A DNA stretch of 64,000 nucleotides from Longimicrobiales bacterium (GTDB taxonomy: Bacteria; Gemmatimonadota; Gemmatimonadetes; Longimicrobiales; Gaopeijiaceae): positions 1,376,001-1,440,000 of the forward strand of contig OZ241869.1 of assembly GCA_965202805.1 (NCBI GenBank), in the 5' to 3' direction. Numbering within the stretch: the first letter of the stretch is position 1; every line of letters begins with the position of its first letter. Below the pieces are notes generated by a model that was not told the DNA's origin, made no database searches, and worked only from the letters and a program-made list of their open reading frames with translations. Position numbers and translations under genes: made by a program. Below, piece by piece: positions 52,600 through 61,181 of the stretch.

Positions 52600-53880
52600 A
52601 TGGAGACATCCCCCGACCTCACCCCCACCGAAGCGCGCGTCCTCGCCGCCATCGACATGGACGGGCTCCTCGGCACCATCTCGCGGCTGGTGGCGATCCG
52701 CACCGACCGGGGCCGGGAGACGCCCGCGCAGGAACAGATGGCGGAATGGATGGGGGCGGCCGGCATGGACGTGGACGTCTGGGAGATCGACTTCGACGAG
52801 CTGCGCGCCCACCCCCGCTTCAGCATCGAGATCGAGCGCGGCCGGTCGCTGGGCGTGGTCGGCTCGCTCGGGCGCGCGGACGGGCCGGGACGCTCCCTCA
52901 TCCTGAACGGCCATGTCGACGTGGTTCCCGCGGGCGACGAATCGAGATGGACGGTCCCGCCCTGGCAGGGCACCATCCGCGACGGCAACCTCCTCGGCCG
53001 CGGCGCGCTGGACATGAAGGGCGCGCTCTGCTGCGGTCTCTACGCCGCGCGTGCGATCGCGGACACGGGCGTGGAGCTGAACGGGCGACTCCTGCTCCAG
53101 AGCGTGATCGCCGAGGAGGACGGAGGCGCGGGCACGCTGGCCGCCATCCAGCGCGGCTACACCGCCGACGGCGCGGTGGTCATCGAGCCCACCCGCCTGT
53201 CCCTGGCGCCCGCCCAGGGCGGCGCCCTCAACTTCCGCATCCACGTACGCGGACGCTCCGCACACGGCGCCCTGCGCACCGAGGGCGTCAGCGCCATCGA
53301 CGGCTTCATCCCCATTTACCGTGCGCTGCAGGCGTTGGAGGCAAGGCGCAACTCAGGGGTCCGGGACCCGCTCTTCGCCCACTACGAAGTGCCCTTCCCC
53401 CTCTGCGTGGGAACCGTGCGCGCGGGCCAGTGGGCGTCGAACGTGCCGGAAAGCCTCTGCTTCGAGGGGCGCTACGGCGTGGCCGTGGGAGAGGAGCCGG
53501 CCGAGGCGCAGGCGATGTTCGAGGAGGCCGTGGCGGACGCCGCCCGCTCGGATCCGTGGCTGGAGCGCCATCCCCCACGGGTGGAGTGGTGGGGGGGACA
53601 GTTCCACCCGGCGGCCACGGACCCGTCCGACCCCATCGTGCGCACGGTCGCGGACGCCTTCCGGGACGTCGAAGGGCGCGAGCCCCGCATCGAGGGGATG
53701 CCCTACGGGGCCGACATGCAGCTGCTGGTGAACGTGGGCAACACCCCTACGCTGATGTTCGGCCCGGGCGACGTGCGCAACGCCCATCGGCCCGACGAAT
53801 GGGTACCCATCGCGGAACTGGAAACGGTGACGCGCACCCTCGCACTGGCGGCGCTGCGGTTCTGCGGCCACGCGGGCTGA
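52600..53880 (+). CDS. ArgE/DapE-family M20 metallo-deacylase
   Basis: LNGHVDVV, GRGALDMKG, EEDGG, EPT and FGPG..AH.PDE motifs. Confidence 0.93.
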   Translation: METSPDLTPTEARVLAAIDMDGLLGTISRLVAIRTDRGRETPAQEQMAEWMGAAGMDVDVWEIDFDELRAHPRFSIEIERGRSLGVVGSLGRADGPGRSLILNGHVDVVPAGDESRWTVPPWQGTIRDGNLLGRGALDMKGALCCGLYAARAIADTGVELNGRLLLQSVIAEEDGGAGTLAAIQRGYTADGAVVIEPTRLSLAPAQGGALNFRIHVRGRSAHGALRTEGVSAIDGFIPIYRALQALEARRNSGVRDPLFAHYEVPFPLCVGTVRAGQWASNVPESLCFEGRYGVAVGEEPAEAQAMFEEAVADAARSDPWLERHPPRVEWWGGQFHPAATDPSDPIVRTVADAFRDVEGREPRIEGMPYGADMQLLVNVGNTPTLMFGPGDVRNAHRPDEWVPIAELETVTRTLALAALRFCGHAG

Positions 53881-53883
53881 CGC

Positions 53884-54456
53884 TCAGCCCTCCTCCCCCT
53901 CCATCGCTGCCCCGATCGCCCTCGCATACCATTCGAGGGTATCGATGAAGCGCGCGAACGCCTTCTCGTACCTCTCCTCCCGCGGCTCCCCGTCGTCGTC
54001 GAAGCTTCGGCCCACCGTCGTAACCGCCATGTGTGCCACGGGCAGAGCCTTGAGGCGGAGGAAGAGGAGCTGCAGGTGGTTGTGGACCTGGACACCCCCG
54101 AAGGCGCCGGCCGAGAGCGTGACGATCCCCACCGGCTTCCGCTCCCACTCGCCATAGATATAGTCGAGCGCGTTCTTGAGCACGCCGGGGATGGAGCCGT
54201 TGTACTCGGGGCTGACGATCACGACGGCGTCGGCCGCTCGAATCGCTTCCGAGAACGGGACCAGTCCGGGCGGCGGATCGTCTCGACGGTAGAGCCGCTC
54301 CTCCATGATCGGGAGGTCGAAGTCGGCAAGGTCGAGAAGCGGGGCCTCCGCCCCGGCGCGCCGCAGCCGGTCGCCGGCGAATCGGGCCACCTTGATCGAC
54401 TGGCGGCCCCTGCGCACGGAGCCGACGAGCACGGGGATTCGCAGCGGGTCGTTCAT
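53884..54456 (-). CDS. NADPH-dependent FMN reductase family protein
   Basis: GSVRRGR, SPEYNGSIPGVLKNALD and S.GAFGG motifs. Confidence 0.93.
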   Translation of the reverse strand: MNDPLRIPVLVGSVRRGRQSIKVARFAGDRLRRAGAEAPLLDLADFDLPIMEERLYRRDDPPPGLVPFSEAIRAADAVVIVSPEYNGSIPGVLKNALDYIYGEWERKPVGIVTLSAGAFGGVQVHNHLQLLFLRLKALPVAHMAVTTVGRSFDDDGEPREERYEKAFARFIDTLEWYARAIGAAMEGEEG

Positions 54457-54570
54457 GAAGCGCCCTCCGGCCGGATGAAGGATTTGCGGGCTGCGCGCTC
54501 AGCCGGCGCGAGCGTCCGCTCGGAGCGGAAGTGCCCGGGCGGAACGTGAAGGCAGGTTGTCGAGGTGTAA

Positions 54571-55260
54571 AGTGAAGGGATCGGAGTCGTCGACGACTCC
54601 GGCGGCGCGTTGCCCCCCGTGATTCCGGTCGTCATCTACAACGGCGAACGACGCTGGACCGCGGCCATCGGAACGCGGGACCTGTTCGCGCCGGTACCCG
54701 AGGAACTGGTTGGATACCTGCCGCAGCACCGGTATTTTCTGTTGGACCTGAGAGCGCTCGAACCGTCCCGGCTTCCACCCGAGAACGTAGTGTCGCTGGT
54801 CGCGATGCTCGAACAGGCCAGGAGTCAGGGGCAGCTGGAGCGCTTGGGGGCCGCACTCGCGGATTGGCTCCTGCGTATCGGAGAGAAAGCGCTGCTGGAC
54901 GCGTTTGAAGCGTGGATTACGCAGGTGCTGGTGACGCGGGAAGACCCTGCCGGGATGAGCATGGAGTTACGGAGCTGGAAACAGTTGGAGGAACCAATGT
55001 CGACACTGGCCGAGCGCGTGAAGAAGTGGGGCGACGAGCTGAATCAGGCGTGGCTGGAGAAAGGTATCGAGCAGGGGCGGCGCGAAGCTCGTGAACTGCT
55101 GTATCGGCAGGTCGTCCGCAGGTTCGGAACCGCTACCGCCAAGCAACTGATGCCGCTGCTCGCGGAAGTATCGGATCCCGACCGGATAGCGGCGATTGCC
55201 GATGGCGTCGTCGAATGCCGAACAGGCGACGAGTTCATTGCCCGGGTGAAGGAGTGTTGA
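54571..55260 (+). pseudogene. 5'-truncated Rpn (YhgA-like, PD-(D/E)XK) family gene
   Basis: Begins at the mid-protein motif LPPVIPVVIYNGERRW; EKGIEQG and RRFG C-terminal motifs; in-frame TAA at 54568 removes the nuclease domain; lower GC than flanks. Confidence 0.75.
54997..55260 (+). CDS. Internal small ORF (RpnS-like, 87 aa)
   Basis: GGAGG at 54987-54991 followed by in-frame ATG at 54997 (MSTLAERVKKW). Confidence 0.6.
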   Translation: MSTLAERVKKWGDELNQAWLEKGIEQGRREARELLYRQVVRRFGTATAKQLMPLLAEVSDPDRIAAIADGVVECRTGDEFIARVKEC

Positions 55261-55343
55261 ATAATTCTGACCTGAATCAAACCGGACGGATGTCCGGAGC
55301 CGTACGCATCGGAGTTGACCGTTGCGCTGCAATTGGACTTCCC

Positions 55344-56399
55344 TCACCCGGCCCAGATGTCCCCCACCGTGAACCCCTCGGGGAACGGATCGGTGTCGTC
55401 GACGACGTATTGGGCGATGCCGGTGATCCACGCGGCGCCGCTGAGCGTCGGGACAACCGCGGGCACGCCGCCCACTTCCGTTTCCTCGATCAGCTCGCCG
55501 GTCCACACCGTGCCGACGATGCTCTCGTGGCGAAACTCCTCGCCCAGGCCGAGCTCTCCCCTGGCGTGCATCACGGCCATCTTCGCGCATGTGCCGGTCC
55601 CGCACGGAGAGCGGTCCAGGCATCCCTTCCAGCTCTCCGGCCTGTCCCAGCTCGGGCGGCCCGTTGAGACGGTGACCGCGTTGCGGCGGTGGGCGTCGCC
55701 CAGGGGTGGCCCGGAAAGCTGTGAAATCGATACGCCCCCGATCTCCGGGGTCAGAGGATGGGCGACGGACAGCTGCTCGGAGGCCGCCACGCGCAGCATC
55801 TCGCCCACCCGCGTGATCCGTCCCCCGTTCTCGGGCAGGAGTTCGATGCCGAACTGATCGGCGTCCGCGATGACGTAGAACATCCCGCCGTAGCCCACGT
55901 CCACGGTCACCTTGCCGAGACCGGGCACGTCCACGACGGCGTCAAGGTGCACCGCGAAGGCGGGCACGTTGCGGAAGGTGACGCTGGTGACCTTGCCGCC
56001 ATGCACCTCCGCGCGCACCCGGATGAGGCCCGCGGGAGCTTCCAGCAGCAGCTCCGTCACCGGTTCCTGCGAGGGGACCATGCCCGTCTCGATGAGAACG
56101 GTCGCAACGCAGATGGTGTTGCTCCCGGACATGGGCGGGTATTCGGTGTGCTCCATGATGACGTAGCCGGCATCGGCCTCGGGGAGCGTCGGAGGCAGGA
56201 TCACGTTGCAGCAGAGCGCGGGATAGCCCCGGGGCTCGCGCAGCATGCGTTTCCGCAGGCCGTCCCCGTGGCGCGCCAGCCACTGCGCCTTCTTGAACAT
56301 CGACGTGCCGGGAACATCCATGACGCCGCCTGTGATGACCCTGCCGGGCTCGCCTCCGGCGTGGGCGTCGACTGCGGTGACCATCTTCGATACGCGCAT
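55344..56399 (-). CDS. Proline racemase superfamily enzyme (Ser/Cys catalytic pair)
   Basis: DAHAGGEPGR, LREPRG, MSGSN, DVGYGG, DRSPCGTG and GAAWITG motifs. Confidence 0.93.
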   Translation of the reverse strand: MRVSKMVTAVDAHAGGEPGRVITGGVMDVPGTSMFKKAQWLARHGDGLRKRMLREPRGYPALCCNVILPPTLPEADAGYVIMEHTEYPPMSGSNTICVATVLIETGMVPSQEPVTELLLEAPAGLIRVRAEVHGGKVTSVTFRNVPAFAVHLDAVVDVPGLGKVTVDVGYGGMFYVIADADQFGIELLPENGGRITRVGEMLRVAASEQLSVAHPLTPEIGGVSISQLSGPPLGDAHRRNAVTVSTGRPSWDRPESWKGCLDRSPCGTGTCAKMAVMHARGELGLGEEFRHESIVGTVWTGELIEETEVGGVPAVVPTLSGAAWITGIAQYVVDDTDPFPEGFTVGDIWAG

Positions 56400-56485
56400 C
56401 AGTTCACTCCTTTCTCACGGGCGCCGGGATGCGAGGCCCGGTCGCAGTCAGGGGCGCCGGCAGCGTGAGCAGCGGCAGCGCCTTC

Positions 56486-57919
56486 TCATGGCTTCGCGGG
56501 CGGTGACATGTAGGGCTCGGTCGCACTGGCCGGGGGCGGAGGCGTGAGCAGGCTCACCACCACCATGAGGACCGCCGAGACCAGAAAGCCCGGGAGCACC
56601 GGATCGATGGCGTCGGCCGGCCCCCACCCCTCCCAGAGGAGCGCGGTTGTGACACCGCCCACCATGGCGGCGGCCGCCCCTTCCCGGGTCGCCCGCCGCC
56701 AGTAGACCCCGACCACGACCGGAATGAAGAAGCTCGACGCCATGAGGGCGGTGAAGAGCAGCACGATGAACTGGACCAGCTCGCCCTCCCCCACCCCGCT
56801 GAGGAGCAGCACGACCGGGATGGTCCCTACCACCAGGATGCCCAGCCGGTCCACCCACAGCCGGCGACCGGGCGGCGCATCGGGTCGGAAGAGCCCCTGG
56901 TAGATGTCGTAGGAGAGCGCGGACCCCGCCACCAGCAGGAGCGAGTCCACCGTGGACATCATGGCCGCCGTGATCGCCGCCAGCAGGATCGCGCCCAGCG
57001 TCGCCGGGAGCACGGCCGTGGCGAGCATCGGCATGGCGAGGTCGCCGGTCGGCAGGTTGGGGAACAGCACCACCGCCGCCAGCGAGAGCACGAACACCAG
57101 CAGGTTCAGGGTGGTCACCGCGATGATGGTGAGCAGGATGCCGCGGCGAATGGTGCGCATGTCGCGCATGGCGTAGAGGCGGATCAGCTTCTCGGGGGTC
57201 GCCACCCCGCCCAGCAGGAACGAGAGCCCCATGGTGAAGAGCAGCAGGGCGGGCATCGCCTCCCAGCTGAAGGTCAGCGGGTTCACCGCCTCCACGTAGG
57301 TGAAGAGCGGCTCCACCCCGCCCACCTGGCGGATCGCCAGCGGCACCGCGCAGATCGCGCCCAGCACCATGATCACCAGCTGCAGCAGGTCGGTGTAGAC
57401 CACGGCGATCATCCCGCCGATCACCGTGTACGCCAGCAGAATCGCGGTGAAGCCGACCATCCCCCAGCTCACCGGCACGCCGAAGACGATGTTGGCGATC
57501 AGCCCTCCCGCCACGATCTGCGCCTGGATGTAGACCACCGTGGCGATGAGGATGATGACGGCCGCGAGCGCACGCACGCCCTTCGAGTAGTAGCGGGTCT
57601 CGATGAAGGCGGGCAGCGTGAGCTGCTTCACGCGCGTGAAGCGCGGCGCGAGCACCGCCGCCATGAACCAGTAGGCCAGCGGCAGCGCCAGCACGAGCCA
57701 CCCGAACGACCACCCAGCCACGTACATCACCCCGATGGTGCCCACGAAGGTGCCGGCGCTGGTGTGGGTCGCGGCCATGGTCGCCCCGCCCACCAGCCAG
57801 CCCAGCTTCCCCCCCGCGATCCAGTAGTCGGCCTCGCTGCGGGTGGCCCGGAGCGCGTACCACCCGATCGCGAACACCACCACGAAGTAGAGCACGAAGG
57901 TGGAGAGCTGGACGTTCAC
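56486..57919 (-). CDS. Sodium:solute symporter (SSS, PutP/PanF-like)
   Basis: DYWIAG, SAGTFVG, YTVIGGMIAVVYTD and AAMMSTVDSLL motifs; ~13 TM segments. Confidence 0.93.
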   Translation of the reverse strand: MNVQLSTFVLYFVVVFAIGWYALRATRSEADYWIAGGKLGWLVGGATMAATHTSAGTFVGTIGVMYVAGWSFGWLVLALPLAYWFMAAVLAPRFTRVKQLTLPAFIETRYYSKGVRALAAVIILIATVVYIQAQIVAGGLIANIVFGVPVSWGMVGFTAILLAYTVIGGMIAVVYTDLLQLVIMVLGAICAVPLAIRQVGGVEPLFTYVEAVNPLTFSWEAMPALLLFTMGLSFLLGGVATPEKLIRLYAMRDMRTIRRGILLTIIAVTTLNLLVFVLSLAAVVLFPNLPTGDLAMPMLATAVLPATLGAILLAAITAAMMSTVDSLLLVAGSALSYDIYQGLFRPDAPPGRRLWVDRLGILVVGTIPVVLLLSGVGEGELVQFIVLLFTALMASSFFIPVVVGVYWRRATREGAAAAMVGGVTTALLWEGWGPADAIDPVLPGFLVSAVLMVVVSLLTPPPPASATEPYMSPPAKP

Positions 57920-57986
57920 GGGGCGCCCTCCGGGCCTCGGTGGCGGGCCGGCCGCGCGCGTCGGAAGCGAATGCCGCGCCGGACGT

Positions 57987-58106
57987 TCACGGCCCTTTCT
58001 CCCGCCGGTCTTCCCGCAACATCCACACCAGGTATGCCGCCACGATCAGCGCGGAGACCAGGAAGAGGCCCCAGAACACGAAGCCGGCCTCCAGTACCGC
58101 CCTCAC
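57987..58106 (-). CDS. 39-aa single-TM protein (probable SSS accessory subunit), not in the ORF track
   Basis: GGAG SD plus GTG: MRAVLEAGFVFWGLFLVSALIVAAYLVWMLREDRREKGP*. Confidence 0.65.
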   Translation of the reverse strand: MRAVLEAGFVFWGLFLVSALIVAAYLVWMLREDRREKGP

Positions 58107-58215
58107 GAAATACTCCCGTTGCGCTCCGGGCACTCCACGTCCGATTCGGGACCGGCGCCGCATCGGTGCTCCGGGCCCCGTGACCGCCCCGCTCGACCCG
58201 GGCTGCCGGCCGCCC

Positions 58216-59133
58216 TCACCGGGCCCTCCTCACGAAGCGCAACCCCACCATCCCGCACGCGATCACGACGATGAGCACCAGCAGCTCCAGCACCCCCGGC
58301 AGCGACAGCCCGAGGCTCCCTTCGGGGCGAGCGCGCACCTGCACGACGGCCGGAAGCACCTGGAGGCTCGCACGCGCCATCCCCGGCGTCGAACCCCCGG
58401 TTGGCGTCACGGGAAAGATCTCGCGCGCCTCCATCCCCCCGGGAAGCGCCACCTCCGCCTGGAACACGCCCGGGCGCGCCTCCGCCGGAGCCCAGTCGAC
58501 CGCGAGCATGGGGAGCACAACCCGCACACCCGCGCCGTCCTCCAGTACCGCATCCTCTACCCGGTAACCCACATCCAGCGACACCTGTCCCGAGGACGCG
58601 AGCGCCGCCGGCACCTCGATCTCGCCCTCCAGCCGGGGCGCCCCGGCATCCGTCATGCTGAGCGGCAGGACCTCCCCGTCCACCTGCGCCGAGATCTCCT
58701 CCACATGCGCGGGAGCGAACAGCAGCAGCGTGAACGGGACGACGCGCGTGTCCGGCCCCACCTCCAACCGGTAGCCCATCGAGACGACGGCCGCTCCGGT
58801 CTCACGCGCATCGGCCGACACCGCCACCCGGATCACACGGCCGCCCGCGTCGTCCCCCCCGGTCTCCTGAATGCCTCCGCTGCCGTCCCATTCGGACATC
58901 GCACCGCCCGCGCCAGGCAGGGACGCCGGGCCTGCGATGCCGGACGCCGTGGCCGATCCGATCATCGGACCGCCCGCCGCGGACAAGGCCGCCGGACCTG
59001 CGCTGCGGGCCGCAGCGTCCCATCCCGACATCGGAGCGCCCGCAGCCAGAGGCGAATCAGCCGCCGCCGATCCCGCGCACGGGGCTGCTGTCAGCACCGC
59101 GGCCACCGCCGCGACAGCCCCGCTCAGGGCCAT
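58216..59133 (-). CDS. Hypothetical exported protein with a C-terminal membrane anchor
   Basis: GGAGG SD, start overlaps the dipeptidase stop; signal-like N-terminus; C-terminal TM followed by RFVRRAR. Confidence 0.7.
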   Translation of the reverse strand: MALSGAVAAVAAVLTAAPCAGSAAADSPLAAGAPMSGWDAAARSAGPAALSAAGGPMIGSATASGIAGPASLPGAGGAMSEWDGSGGIQETGGDDAGGRVIRVAVSADARETGAAVVSMGYRLEVGPDTRVVPFTLLLFAPAHVEEISAQVDGEVLPLSMTDAGAPRLEGEIEVPAALASSGQVSLDVGYRVEDAVLEDGAGVRVVLPMLAVDWAPAEARPGVFQAEVALPGGMEAREIFPVTPTGGSTPGMARASLQVLPAVVQVRARPEGSLGLSLPGVLELLVLIVVIACGMVGLRFVRRAR

Positions 59134-60350
59134 ACCTCCCGCAGCACCCGCAGCGTATTCCCGCCCATCACCTTGCCGATGTCCTCGTCCGAGTACCCTT
59201 CCCGCACCAGCCAGCGCAGGATGTTGTGCGACGCCTCGGTGGGGTTCTCCACCCCCTTCACGTACTCGACCTCGTCGAACGGCGGATTCGGGTTGGGCGC
59301 CTGCTCCGCCGCCGAGCGCGACTCCTTGATCGACAGGTTGGCCGCGTACACGTGGTGCAGCCCAACGTGGTCCCCGTAGACGGAATCGGGGCCGAAACTC
59401 ACATGGTCGATGCCCACGAGCGCCTTCACGTACTCGAAGTGCTCCATGAAGGCCTCGATCCCGTGCACCGTGTTGTTGCGGGTCAGGGTGGTGTGGGGGG
59501 CCGCTTCGATCCCGATCACGCCTCCCCCGGCCGCGCACGCCTCGAGCACGTCGTCGGGCGCGAGGCGGTTCGACTCCCAGAGGGCGCGCGCGCCGATGTG
59601 CGAGAGCACGATGGGATGCTCGCTCCACTCGATGGTGTCGAGCGTCGTCCGGTCGCCGCAGTGCGAGCAGTCGATCAGCATCCCCAGCTTGTTCATGCGC
59701 CCGACGGCCCGCCGGCCGAACATGGTCAGCCCGCCGTCGCCCGGCTCCTTCAGCCCCGAGCCGAGCGCGTTGGCCTCGCTGTAGGTGACCCCGAGCGCCC
59801 GCACGCCGAACCCGAAGAGCAGATCGATGCGGTCGAGCTCGTTTTCGATCATGGCCGCGCCCTCCATCGACGCGACCCACGCCACCTTCCCCTCCCGGTG
59901 CGCCCGCAGGATGTCGCCCACCCCCAGGCAATGGATGAGGAAATCCTGGTGCGCCAGGTCGCAAAGCCGCATCCCGAAGTCGTGCAGCACGTCGTCCCAC
60001 TTCCAGCCCCCGTGCGACTGGATGGTGCAGATACCGTCCAGCAGATTGTCGAAGACGGCGTCCCAGCACGAGTGCCTGAGGCCCTCGAACGCCGTCGCCA
60101 TCCGCCCCGCGCGCACGTACGCCGGGGTCTCGCGCACGTCCCGCGGGAAGACGCCCGCGTGCTCGTGCAGCGAGATCATCACCAGCTCGGAGGCCAGCCG
60201 CGCGGCGCGCGCTTCCTCTTCGTCCGAAAGCGGCACCAGCCATGGCTCGACGCGCCCGACCTGGGCCGCCAGGTCGAAGGGCGTGTAGTCGGCGCCCGGC
60301 TCGAGGTAGGAGAAGGACCGGTATCCGTCGCTGGTCTTGTCGGCGCCCAT
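59124..60350 (-). CDS. Membrane dipeptidase (peptidase M19 family)
   Basis: SLHEH, SMEG, GLTMFGR..V.RMNKLGMLIDCSH, SH and GIDHVSFGPD, KVMGGN motifs. Confidence 0.92.
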   Translation of the reverse strand: MGADKTSDGYRSFSYLEPGADYTPFDLAAQVGRVEPWLVPLSDEEEARAARLASELVMISLHEHAGVFPRDVRETPAYVRAGRMATAFEGLRHSCWDAVFDNLLDGICTIQSHGGWKWDDVLHDFGMRLCDLAHQDFLIHCLGVGDILRAHREGKVAWVASMEGAAMIENELDRIDLLFGFGVRALGVTYSEANALGSGLKEPGDGGLTMFGRRAVGRMNKLGMLIDCSHCGDRTTLDTIEWSEHPIVLSHIGARALWESNRLAPDDVLEACAAGGGVIGIEAAPHTTLTRNNTVHGIEAFMEHFEYVKALVGIDHVSFGPDSVYGDHVGLHHVYAANLSIKESRSAAEQAPNPNPPFDEVEYVKGVENPTEASHNILRWLVREGYSDEDIGKVMGGNTLRVLREVWP

Positions 60351-60593
60351 AAGCGCTCCGGGAAGTGGGTGGGTTCGGCGCTGGAGAAGACGGTTCGCCG
60401 CCGGGGAAGCCGGACGCAACCCGATGCACCGGCTCCGCGAGCCCACAACATGGAGTCCCGGCGCACCGGGGGCCAGCCATTGCCGCGGGAGGTGCCCGCT
60501 ATTGCCAACGGCGCGCCCGAAGGTGTATTTCAAGCGCGGCAATTCCACGCTGATCACGCCCCATATCCCTCCCACCCCTGGAATCCCTCCGAA

Positions 60594-61181
60594 TTGACTC
60601 GCTGGACCCGCCTATCCCGCGCCATCGACGGGGTCAACAACCGCATCGGGCGATGGACCTCCTGGCTGTGCCTGCTGATGGTGCTCGTCACGGCCTACAA
60701 CACGGCCGTGCGCTACCTCGGCGGCTACTTCGGCTTCAGGCTGAGCTCCAACCTCTACCTGGAGCTCCAGTGGTACCTGTTCAGCCTGCTCTTCCTGCTC
60801 GCCGCCGCCTCGGCGCTCTGCAACGGCGAGCACGTGCGGGTGGACATCCTCTACAGCCGCCTGTCGGCCAGGGCCCGCGCCTGGATCGATCTCCTCGGCA
60901 CCGTCGTGCTGATGATCCCGTTCTCGGCGGTGACGCTCTGGCTCTCCTGGCCCGCCATCCGCAACTCCTGGGCGGTGCGGGAGATCTCCTCCGATCCCGG
61001 GGGCCTGCCCCGCTATCCGCTCAGAACCTTCATCCTCGTCTGCTTCCTGCTCCTCATCGTCCAGGGCATCTCCGAGATCATCAAGAAGACCCGGATCCTG
61101 CGCGGACTCAGAATGCAGGGGAACGGCGCGCCCGACGAGGAGACCGACTCGGAACCCCGCGTGACGGGGGGCATCGCCTAG
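60594..61181 (+). CDS. TRAP transporter small permease (DctQ); start uncertain
   Basis: ELQWYLF, HVRVDILY, E.SSDPGGLP and QGISEIIK motifs. Confidence 0.9.
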   Translation: MTRWTRLSRAIDGVNNRIGRWTSWLCLLMVLVTAYNTAVRYLGGYFGFRLSSNLYLELQWYLFSLLFLLAAASALCNGEHVRVDILYSRLSARARAWIDLLGTVVLMIPFSAVTLWLSWPAIRNSWAVREISSDPGGLPRYPLRTFILVCFLLLIVQGISEIIKKTRILRGLRMQGNGAPDEETDSEPRVTGGIA

